A DNA stretch of 64,000 nucleotides from Candidatus Gottesmanbacteria bacterium (GTDB lineage Bacteria > Patescibacteriota > Microgenomatia > UBA10105 > UBA927), in NCBI GenBank assembly GCA_963809665.1, contig CAWEKC010000005.1, forward strand, positions 11,878-75,877, written 5' to 3'. How positions within the stretch are numbered: the stretch's first letter is position 1; each line of letters opens with the position of its first letter. Positions 9,082 to 17,322 of the stretch are shown piece by piece. The notes under the pieces are model-generated. The model worked only from the letters and a program-made list of their open reading frames with translations. It did no database searches and had not been told where the DNA came from. The translations under genes were made by a program, and so were the position numbers.

Positions 9082-10934
9082 TGAAAAAATCCTCCCTGCC
9101 TCTTATCTTTATTGCAGGATGCATGCTCGCATTATTTATCCGACTGCTGCTTATTCCCAATCCGGGTTTTGAAGCGGATATTTCTTTTTGGAAATCCTGG
9201 GGGCTTGCGGTTTTGGACTTCGGTATCATCAAAGGGTTATCTGTCACGAATTTCAACTACCCCACACCGTTCGGGTATTTCCTTGCACTCATGCCGGCCG
9301 TGTACAGGATCTTCGCCGACCCGCATAATTTCGATCAATATTGGCAAAATACCAATGTATTATTCCTGATCATTTCCAAACTGCCGGCAGTTATAGCAGA
9401 CTTCGGGATTGCCGGACTGATTCTTTGGATCGGCAGGAATGCCAAAAAAATCGGATTCCCTGATCTTTCAATGCCGTTCTATGCAGTGCTGGCTCTTGCT
9501 TTTTTACTCAATCCCGTTTCATGGATGGACAGCGCATGGTGGGGCCAGGTTGACAGCCTCGGGGTGATCGTCTTTTTTGGTGCGTTTCTTCTCGTGGTTA
9601 CGAAAAGACCGTTTTTAGCGGGTGTTGTGTACATGATCGCCATGCTGACCAAACTCCAAAACATGATTTACGGACCGATTTTTTTTCTGTTTATCTGGCA
9701 ATACTTGGGTTTTAACGGACTCGTACGCAGTCTTGCAGGGTCGCTGGTCACGTTCATTGGCCTCAATATTGAATTCATACTTTCCGGCAGCATGTGGAAG
9801 GTCATTGAGTCTCTTACGGGCAATTACGATTATTTCCCTTGGCTCTCGCTTAATGCGTTCAATCTCTGGTGGATCGTATCCGGCGCCCGCGGGATGCAAT
9901 TTTCGGACAAATTGCTATCAGTGGGTCTTGCTAACGCCAAAACCGTTGGCCTTACCCTCTTCTCTGCCGGATATTTGCTTGCAGCGTTACTTCTGAAACC
10001 GTTCGCGTTTCTTAAAAAAAATAAGGACGACCCGCCAACAGTTGTCTATCAATTCCTTACCGCTATCGTTATTGCCAACGCTTCCTTTTTCCTGTTTCAG
10101 ACGGAATCACATGACCGCTATGCATACCCTCTTATTGTCTTCCTGCTCCTCTGGGGTGCTTTTTGGATCCGGCGCCATTTGACGACAAAAGAAATGCCGG
10201 ATGTTTTTACCAGTAAACCGTTTCGCGCAGTTGCCTTTTTCTATGTGCTCTTCACGCTCTTTTACTTCTATAACCTCCATACGGCGTTGGTGTTTAATTA
10301 TCCGGGAAACGGTGTGCCCATCCTCTCATCGCTCATTCAACCCAACCTGACCATCAGCATATCGCTTCTTTTTATCGGTTTGTTTTTCTTCTTTCTGTAC
10401 ATCATCCGGCACGATACATCAATCTGGACCTTCATGGCGCCTTCCGCGTTGGTCATTTGTATGCTTACGTCAAAAAATATGCCGCTTATTACACATGCGC
10501 CGGTTTTCCTTACTGCAATGACCCCGGTTTCCGCATCCCAGGATTATGGAATACGGCAGATAAACATGCCGGTCAACGCATTTTCGGGATTTGATAAATG
10601 GGGATCCCTGTCGGTCCAGTATGCCTTCTACCGTCACGGGATCGGGACGCACGCCAACAGCACACAAACATTTGACGTACATAAATATTTCAGCCGGTTT
10701 TCATTCGACTATGGCATCGATACCGAGGCCGGACCCAAAGGAACGACCATCTTTGAAGTAATCGGTGATGACAAAAAACTTTTTGTATCGGAAAAAATCG
10801 GCCGGTATGATCCGCCGCGGCATGCGGATGTTGATATTACGGGAGTGAGTACCCTGAAACTCGTCGTTACCGATGCCGGGGACGGTATTACCGATGACCA
10901 TGCAGATTGGCTGAATCCGAAATTAAGTTGGTAA
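9081..10934 (+). CDS. GT-C membrane glycosyltransferase with C-terminal NPCBM/NEW2 carbohydrate-binding domain
   Basis: GFEAD, NYP, DSAWWGQVD, HDRY motifs; C-terminal GIGTHANS...GID...VTDAGDGITDDHADW matches NPCBM. Confidence 0.8.
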   Translation: MKKSSLPLIFIAGCMLALFIRLLLIPNPGFEADISFWKSWGLAVLDFGIIKGLSVTNFNYPTPFGYFLALMPAVYRIFADPHNFDQYWQNTNVLFLIISKLPAVIADFGIAGLILWIGRNAKKIGFPDLSMPFYAVLALAFLLNPVSWMDSAWWGQVDSLGVIVFFGAFLLVVTKRPFLAGVVYMIAMLTKLQNMIYGPIFFLFIWQYLGFNGLVRSLAGSLVTFIGLNIEFILSGSMWKVIESLTGNYDYFPWLSLNAFNLWWIVSGARGMQFSDKLLSVGLANAKTVGLTLFSAGYLLAALLLKPFAFLKKNKDDPPTVVYQFLTAIVIANASFFLFQTESHDRYAYPLIVFLLLWGAFWIRRHLTTKEMPDVFTSKPFRAVAFFYVLFTLFYFYNLHTALVFNYPGNGVPILSSLIQPNLTISISLLFIGLFFFFLYIIRHDTSIWTFMAPSALVICMLTSKNMPLITHAPVFLTAMTPVSASQDYGIRQINMPVNAFSGFDKWGSLSVQYAFYRHGIGTHANSTQTFDVHKYFSRFSFDYGIDTEAGPKGTTIFEVIGDDKKLFVSEKIGRYDPPRHADVDITGVSTLKLVVTDAGDGITDDHADWLNPKLSW

Positions 10935-11021
10935 ACGGCTGAACCAGTTTTTTCGCGCGCAAATGGGAACCCTGAAAGGGACGTGAGAACGAAAAACTTG
11001 GTGAAGCCGCAAAAATGTCAT

Positions 11022-13349
11022 ATGAAACATATTGGAAAATATATCAGTATTGCAATGTTAGTTTTTGCCGTCGGGTTTAATCTGTGGCTGTACCGCACGG
11101 AACCTACGGCGAAAGTAGATCCGAATGACAATACATTCCAATTCGCGCTGGTCTACCGGACGAACCAGATATGGGATTTTGCAACCAAAAAGTGTTCAGG
11201 GAATATTTTGACGTTTCCCGTCTGTCACTTCTCCTATCTTGCCGACCACTGGGTTCCTAACTGGAATGAAGGATATAATCTTCCCTTTTATTATTCCCAT
11301 ATCCCACAAATTGTTATCGTCGCCTCCTGGCGGTTCATTCATTTATTCGCGGGATCCATGTCTCTGTTTCAGTATTACCACTATGTTATTTATTTTCTTC
11401 TGTGCCTGTTCCCTCTATCGGTATTTTTAGCCCTCCGGGTTACGGGTCTCCCGTTGATTACTGCGGGACTGGGTACACTATTGGCATCCCAGATCTCCAC
11501 AGACGGGTTATACGGCCTTGATCCGTCGTCATTTTTATGGCGCGGGTACGGCCTAAGCAGCCAGTTGTTTGCCATGATCTGGCTCCCGCTGGCTATCGCG
11601 TACTGCTGGCGCGCGCTATCTTCCAAACGCGCAGTTATTCCTGCGACGATATTCCTCATTCTTACCACGGCCGGACATCTTGGTATTGGTATGATGACAT
11701 TTTTAGCCCTTATTCCCCTGACGCTTGCCGCACCCATATTGGCTTTTTTTCAAAAGCAATCTCCGCAAAAAATATTCGAACCGCTCAAAAAAAATATCAT
11801 AGTGCTTGGTATTATTGCAGTCATCGCCATAGGGTTCTTAAGCTACTGGATCCTGCCGGCAATATCCCTTGATCGATTCCACAATTTTTCCTTCTGGGAT
11901 CCGATATGGAAATTTAACTCCTACGGCGCCAAGGAGACACTGACCCGCCTCGGGAACGGCGCGCTTTTCGATTTCGGGAGGCTGCCTCTTATGACCGGAT
12001 TGGTTCTCGTTGGGCTATTCGCCGGTAGTGCGGAATTTACCATGCTTTTGGTATTTTTCATTCTCCTCTATTTCGGCCGGACAACGTGGGGCAACGTGCT
12101 CGATATTATTCCCGGCATGAAGGAATTCCATTTATCACGTTTTATCGTCGGCGTCCACATGGCCGGCCTCTTTTTGGCTCCAATCGGACTTGCGTGGCTT
12201 TGGGAAAACGCGTCGTCGGCTGTCGCCCGGATTATTCTCATTCCGAAAAAATATATATCGATCGTTCTGTTAATTCTGATTATTGTTTTTATCTTTCCCG
12301 CCATCTACGGGCAAACTGTCCGGTACGCCAAATATAACGATACGCTTATTGCACAGGCCAATGCCAATTATACCAAACAGTCTGCGGGAGCAAGCCGCCT
12401 CGTCGCGGCCCTGCAGGAACTGGAAAAGACAGCGCCCGGCCGGGTGTTTAGCGGGAGGGGCGGCGGGTGGGGCCATAGCTTCGTTCTGGCCGAAACCACG
12501 ATGACGATGTACCTGGGAAATTTTGCATTACCGACCGTATTATGGCTTCCGGAAACCTGGTCACCAAACGGCGACACCGAACAGTATTTCCGCGAAAATT
12601 TCAGCGAAGATTATGATCTTTACAATATCCGCTATGTGGCCGCGCCTGCAAATTTAGCCAAAACCGACATACAACCATTCTGGAAAATGATTCAAAAAAA
12701 TCCGTCATGGAATATTTATGAGGTAAAAACTTCTGGATATTTTACGGCGGGTGTACGGCCTGCAGTTGTTGCATCTGATAAATACTCGTTCACCAACGTC
12801 ATACGTCTCTGGATCCAGTCAAGCGACCCCAAAAACGACCTGTACCCGCAGCTCTCGTTCGACACAAAAAGCTATCCGGTGAACGTAGGATTACCTAACT
12901 TCAAAATGACTGATGAGGTAACGTTTCAGGTGCCAAACGGCTCACTGCACAACATTTTTGCGGAACCGCCGAAATATGAATCCCCCTACCTGCCTGCCGG
13001 CAGGCAGGTTGCCATATCGAACCAGACTGACGACACTGATATGATTTTCACAGCCCGGGCGAGCGTTCCGGATGGCTGCACCGAATGTATGGTAATTTTA
13101 AAACAAACGTTTCATCCCGGATGGCGCATCACTGTGGATGGAAAATCTGTGACGCCTATTATTACATTCCCTTTCTTTATCGGCATTCCGGTTTCCGCAG
13201 GAACACACGAGATCGTCGCCGCATATCAGCCTTCTGCTATAAAAGTAGTATTGATCTGGATCGAATTCCTGACCGTTATTGCCCTCGTTATATGGTTCAT
13301 CGCACGAAAACTGGGGATTGACAAGAAAGCCGTTCATATCCCACACTAA
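11022..13349 (+). CDS. YfhO-like membrane protein (putative GT-C)
   Basis: WVPNWNEGYNLPFYY early motif; C-terminal TFHPGWRITVDG...GIPVSAGTHEI plus a final TM helix. Confidence 0.7.
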   Translation: MKHIGKYISIAMLVFAVGFNLWLYRTEPTAKVDPNDNTFQFALVYRTNQIWDFATKKCSGNILTFPVCHFSYLADHWVPNWNEGYNLPFYYSHIPQIVIVASWRFIHLFAGSMSLFQYYHYVIYFLLCLFPLSVFLALRVTGLPLITAGLGTLLASQISTDGLYGLDPSSFLWRGYGLSSQLFAMIWLPLAIAYCWRALSSKRAVIPATIFLILTTAGHLGIGMMTFLALIPLTLAAPILAFFQKQSPQKIFEPLKKNIIVLGIIAVIAIGFLSYWILPAISLDRFHNFSFWDPIWKFNSYGAKETLTRLGNGALFDFGRLPLMTGLVLVGLFAGSAEFTMLLVFFILLYFGRTTWGNVLDIIPGMKEFHLSRFIVGVHMAGLFLAPIGLAWLWENASSAVARIILIPKKYISIVLLILIIVFIFPAIYGQTVRYAKYNDTLIAQANANYTKQSAGASRLVAALQELEKTAPGRVFSGRGGGWGHSFVLAETTMTMYLGNFALPTVLWLPETWSPNGDTEQYFRENFSEDYDLYNIRYVAAPANLAKTDIQPFWKMIQKNPSWNIYEVKTSGYFTAGVRPAVVASDKYSFTNVIRLWIQSSDPKNDLYPQLSFDTKSYPVNVGLPNFKMTDEVTFQVPNGSLHNIFAEPPKYESPYLPAGRQVAISNQTDDTDMIFTARASVPDGCTECMVILKQTFHPGWRITVDGKSVTPIITFPFFIGIPVSAGTHEIVAAYQPSAIKVVLIWIEFLTVIALVIWFIARKLGIDKKAVHIPH
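12988..13009. repeat. Perfect 22-bp palindrome ACCTGCCTGCCGGCAGGCAGGT, in frame (YLPAGRQV)
   Basis: Read directly; related copies at 16109, 18486, 21937, 22792 and 51008. Confidence 0.9.
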
Positions 13350-13355
13350 GATCGT

Positions 13356-13565
13356 ATGGCAAAAAGACATGTTCGCCGGGTACATCATACGCCGGTGCGC
13401 CACAAAGCACATACGTCCGGAGACTACCTCGTGGTAGTACGCGGATGGATGTTTGTTGTCGCATTCGCCCTCATGTTGGGGATTGGAGCGATTGTCGGGC
13501 AGTTTATCAGCGCCTACATCGCCTCTTCGACCCCGACAGTAGCAGGGATCACAACAACGAAATAA
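13356..13565 (+). CDS. Small single-pass membrane protein with His/Arg-rich N-terminus
   Basis: 69 aa with one TM helix; TTGACA at 13318 upstream and a terminator downstream. Confidence 0.65.
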   Translation: MAKRHVRRVHHTPVRHKAHTSGDYLVVVRGWMFVVAFALMLGIGAIVGQFISAYIASSTPTVAGITTTK

Positions 13566-13573
13566 TCAAAGAA

Positions 13574-13615
13574 GCATAGGCATCCGGTCATAGGATTACG
13601 GCCTATGTTTTTTTT
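13574..13615 (+). terminator. Probable intrinsic terminator
   Basis: CATAGGC...GCCTATG stem followed by T8. Confidence 0.6.
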
Positions 13616-13616
13616 G

Positions 13617-13689
13617 TGGACCTGACCGGATTCGAACCGGTGATCTCCGCAATGCGAATGCGGCGCATTACCAACTGTGCTACAGGCCC
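13617..13689 (-). tRNA. tRNA-Ala(CGC)
   Basis: Cloverleaf GGGCCTG..CAGGTCCA, G3:U70, anticodon loop TT-CGC-AT, GGTTCGAATCC T-arm; no encoded CCA. Confidence 0.95.
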
Positions 13690-13701
13690 CTTGCCGATGG
13701 G

Positions 13702-13772
13702 TGGACCCGAGGGGAATTGAACCCCTTTCTACTCCATGCCATGGAGTCGTTCTACCGGTATACTACGGGCCC
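13702..13772 (-). tRNA. tRNA-Ala(GGC)
   Basis: GGGCCCG..CGGGTCCA, G3:U70, anticodon GGC with the A32-U38 pair characteristic of this isoacceptor. Confidence 0.95.
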
Positions 13773-13797
13773 GTTGGAACAGTTAATTATATCAAAT

Positions 13798-14880
13798 CTA
13801 CTGGAAGAATTGTGAGGGGTTGATGGCGATACCGTTGACGCGGGTTTCAAAATGCAGATGCGTCCCTGTGGAGCGGCCGGTCGAACCCATTTTCCCGATC
13901 ACCTGACCGCGTGACACCCGATCTCCCACACTCACATAATATTCATACATGTGTCCATAGAGCGTAGATATTCCCCCACCGTGATCAATGATCACGTGAT
14001 TGCCGTACCCGTAGCGGTCAAATCCCGTAAATACGACGACCCCATTATCGGCAGCCATAACGCCGGGCCCGGACGGATTGGCGATATCAAATGCCATATG
14101 GTACCAAATCGGATACTGCGTGATCATGCCGCTTGCCGGCCACAGGAATCTTCCCGTCCCGATGGGAGCCGAAAGGAATGACGGCGCGATAAATGCGATA
14201 GGAGCGGCCGCAGGCGGCACACCATCCGGGACAATCAGTGTCTGGCCAACGTTGAGCGCAAACGATTCCAAATCCGCAAAGTCATTAAACGGGAAGTTCA
14301 CAATCTTTTGCGCATCTGTTTTATATTTTTTAGCGATACTCTGGACCGTATCCCCTTCCTGTACCTTATAGACGATACCGGTCACCGGCGGAATCTTCAG
14401 CGCATCCCCGATCGATATGTCATCCGTTTTTAGGGAATTTGCCCACCGGATCGTATCCGTCGAAATCCCGAATTTATCCGCAACGGTGGAAAGCGTATCG
14501 CCTTTTTCCACGACGTAACTTATTACCTGATCACGCGGTTTTTGGGATACCTGTGTCTGGATGCCGTAGTCGGAAAAATCCAGCGATGTGGCGACGGCAG
14601 ACGAGGGCGTAAATTGAGCAAGCTGGTTGTTAATCCCGCCCGGATAGGCATTGGCGATAATGGGTGCACTCATGACGCCTGCGACAAGGAGAATTCCTAG
14701 GGAGATGGTTAAAAACGGCCGCTGGTACGTCCCGCGCCGAGCCATGAGCAGGTCAACGACAATATCTTTCTGCGTTTCAAAACCCGTTCCCCATCGTTTT
14801 AATTTCCGTTCTATGTAGTTGTACCACCCCTCACGCCAGAGGCCGACATCTTCAAAAAAGTTTCGTATATGTTTTCGCAT
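13798..14880 (-). CDS. LysM-LysM-M23 peptidase (peptidoglycan DD-endopeptidase family)
   Basis: Two LysM repeats (YVVEKGDTL, YKVQEGDTV); M23 motifs HMAFD, YGH and STGTHLHFE. Confidence 0.93.
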   Translation of the reverse strand: MRKHIRNFFEDVGLWREGWYNYIERKLKRWGTGFETQKDIVVDLLMARRGTYQRPFLTISLGILLVAGVMSAPIIANAYPGGINNQLAQFTPSSAVATSLDFSDYGIQTQVSQKPRDQVISYVVEKGDTLSTVADKFGISTDTIRWANSLKTDDISIGDALKIPPVTGIVYKVQEGDTVQSIAKKYKTDAQKIVNFPFNDFADLESFALNVGQTLIVPDGVPPAAAPIAFIAPSFLSAPIGTGRFLWPASGMITQYPIWYHMAFDIANPSGPGVMAADNGVVVFTGFDRYGYGNHVIIDHGGGISTLYGHMYEYYVSVGDRVSRGQVIGKMGSTGRSTGTHLHFETRVNGIAINPSQFFQ

Positions 14881-14939
14881 ACAAAAGGGTGCCCTTCAGG
14901 GTATCACGTAAAAATTTATTGTGCAAATCGGCAGTAGAA

Positions 14940-16565
14940 TCAACCCTGCGACAACGTATCGAGGAATTCGGCGTTGGTTTTAGTTTTTTGCAGCCGTTCA
15001 ATAAGCATCATCGTACGCTCTTCATCTCCGAGCATCGAAAGCATATGGCGAAGTGTCGTCACTTTTTTCATCTGGTCTTCACCGATTAACAGTTCGTCGT
15101 GACGCGTACCGCTTTTGCCGATATCAATGGCAGGAAAAATTCTCCGCTCCTGCAGGGCGCGGGAAAGATGCAGTTCCATATTGCCGGTCCCTTTAAATTC
15201 TTCGTAGATAAGGTCATCCATACGGCTGCCGGTTTCCACAAGTGCCGTACCGATAACCGTGAGTGATCCGCCTGTTACACCTGCTATCCCCTTGCCCCCC
15301 GAAGCTTCAGCGGAGGAGGGTTCCACACAACGGGCCGCACCAAGAAATTTTTTTGCAGGATATAACGCAGCCGGATCAAATCCGCCGGACAGCGTACGGC
15401 CGGAAGGATTGACTACCAGGTTATATGCCCTCGCCAGCCGTGTTATGGAATCCAGAAGTACCACCACGTCTTTACCCATTTCCACAAGACGCTTCGCGCG
15501 ATCCAGTGTCACCTCCGCAATCCTGGTTTGCTCTGCAGGAGACTCATCAAAATTACTTGCCAATACTTCTCCTTTAATGCTTCTGGTTAAATCCGTTACT
15601 TCTTCCGGCCGCTCCCCGATAAGTGCCGCCATGAGGTGGACCTTCGGATAATTGGCGGTAATTCCTGCAGCAAGTTCTTTCAGAATTGTCGTTTTGCCGG
15701 CTTTCGGCGGAGATACTATTAATCCCCGTTGTCCGAATCCGATGGGTGCAACAAGATCAATGATGCGTGTTGAAAGGGGTTGTTCTGTAGTTTCCAGCTT
15801 TAGCTGCTTGTTCGGGTACAGGGGTGTGAGATCTTCAAATTTCGGCCGTGAGGCCATTTCCTCCGCCGGTTTGTCATCAACTTTTTCAACTTTCAGAAGT
15901 CCGAAATACCGTTCGTTGTCTTTCGGAGCTCTGGCCTGGCCTTCCACCATGTCGCCGTTCCGCAGTAAAAACCGACGGATCTGGGACTGGGAAATATACA
16001 CGTCGTGATCGCTCGGGGTAAACTTCGGCCGCAAAAACCCGTGGCCCTCCGGCATAACGTCAAGAATTCCCTTAACGGTTTCCGTCGGTACGTCTATATC
16101 CGCAGTAAACCTGCCTGCCGGCGAGGCAGGTCCGCCGGCCAGCGGTTCGCCGTTTTGAGGCCGCGGCGTCCATTCCCTTCGGTAGCCAGTTGCCGGTCCG
16201 CTTGGTGAATACCCGCGATTTCCGCCATACCCGCCCGGACGGTTTTGATATCCGGCCCCCTGTCTCCGGAATCCGCCGTTAAATCCGCCGCGATTGCGGT
16301 CAAATCCCATACGGGGACGTTCGCTTCTGGGAGGAGGCGTATACGGCAACGGTGCCGGATCAGCCGTTTTTGGTGCAACTACTTTTTGTTCTTCCTTAAC
16401 TACTTTAGGTTCGAATTTCGGACCGCCGATAAGGTCGTCAATGCTCAAGGACGGCGCAACAACTACCGGCTCGATTCGCTGAGTCGAAGTGGGCTCGTCT
16501 GCAGGCGAAGCCTCCGGAACTGTTTTTTTCGGTTTTGCTGATTTTGTGGATGCGCGAAAGGCCAT
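14940..16565 (-). CDS. rho: Transcription termination factor Rho with long low-complexity N-terminal extension
   Basis: GHGFLR RNA-binding motif, PPKAGKT Walker A, LLDSITRLARAYN and EEFKGTGNMEL. Confidence 0.97.
   Translation of the reverse strand: MAFRASTKSAKPKKTVPEASPADEPTSTQRIEPVVVAPSLSIDDLIGGPKFEPKVVKEEQKVVAPKTADPAPLPYTPPPRSERPRMGFDRNRGGFNGGFRRQGAGYQNRPGGYGGNRGYSPSGPATGYRREWTPRPQNGEPLAGGPASPAGRFTADIDVPTETVKGILDVMPEGHGFLRPKFTPSDHDVYISQSQIRRFLLRNGDMVEGQARAPKDNERYFGLLKVEKVDDKPAEEMASRPKFEDLTPLYPNKQLKLETTEQPLSTRIIDLVAPIGFGQRGLIVSPPKAGKTTILKELAAGITANYPKVHLMAALIGERPEEVTDLTRSIKGEVLASNFDESPAEQTRIAEVTLDRAKRLVEMGKDVVVLLDSITRLARAYNLVVNPSGRTLSGGFDPAALYPAKKFLGAARCVEPSSAEASGGKGIAGVTGGSLTVIGTALVETGSRMDDLIYEEFKGTGNMELHLSRALQERRIFPAIDIGKSGTRHDELLIGEDQMKKVTTLRHMLSMLGDEERTMMLIERLQKTKTNAEFLDTLSQG
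15295..15320. repeat. Hairpin repeat CCCCCGAAGCTTCAGCGGAGGAGGG inside the rho ATPase domain
   Basis: Near-identical to the intergenic 49923-49948 sequence; lies in an extra segment between GAARCVE and GGSLT. Confidence 0.7.
16109..16145. repeat. Compound palindrome in the rho N-terminal region (CCTGCCTGCCGGCGAGGCAGG plus TCCGCCGGCCAGCGG)
   Basis: One-base variant of the 20-bp palindrome next to a second hairpin that resembles 40561-40578. Confidence 0.75.
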
Positions 16566-16662
16566 AAACTATTGGGACAAATCTTAGGGATTCATGAAAT
16601 AGATTGTCACTACGAGGAAACGCTTAATCTAAACGGTATTTAACCACGTTTACCTGCTCTTG

Positions 16663-17262
16663 TCAATGCCGTTCTTCCAGCGGAGTTATCACCCTTACCG
16701 TTTCCCGTAGCGCAAAATCCACCAATTTTTCACCGATTTTCAACTCTTCTTTTAACCAATCAGCCCCCTGGGTCAAGTCTCTTCCTCTTACCATGGCGCT
16801 TTTGATTGATTCCGGCTCCCGTGCCGATGAAGTTGACCAAAAATCAACAGACATCGTAGCGTCATTCCATGCCACCCGGGTTGTGATTTCAATGTGCCGG
16901 TCTGTCCCGCTTGACGTGCCGACACTAACCCTCAGGCGGTTGAGTGAGTCCTTGCCTTTATACGCCTGCACTCTGACTTGTTCATCCTTATCTCTCTTTT
17001 CACTCTTACCCAAAAAATCAGCTACACAATTATGCAAGTCTGTAAAATCATCAACGCGGCCAAGATTAATAAATATACCATCCACTTCTGAATCTCTAAA
17101 TTTCTGATCTTGCCGGAGAAGTTTAATGAATTGTTTAATTTTATTATCCGTAAGGCGGACACCGCGTTTGTAGGCTTCTCTCGCTTCTTTCTTTTCCTTC
17201 TTTTCAAGCTTCGTCTGTTCCAGATGCTTCTTCATCGCTTTTTCTATATTTTCAATCGACAT
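16663..17262 (-). CDS. Hypothetical protein
   Basis: 199 aa ORF with GGAAGGAG SD; no family recognised. Confidence 0.6.
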   Translation of the reverse strand: MSIENIEKAMKKHLEQTKLEKKEKKEAREAYKRGVRLTDNKIKQFIKLLRQDQKFRDSEVDGIFINLGRVDDFTDLHNCVADFLGKSEKRDKDEQVRVQAYKGKDSLNRLRVSVGTSSGTDRHIEITTRVAWNDATMSVDFWSTSSAREPESIKSAMVRGRDLTQGADWLKEELKIGEKLVDFALRETVRVITPLEERH

Positions 17263-17322
17263 AATGTTCTCCTTCCGGCAGGTTAGCGAGTGTTATATCA
17301 CAACGGCGCCGCAAAAGGCAAA

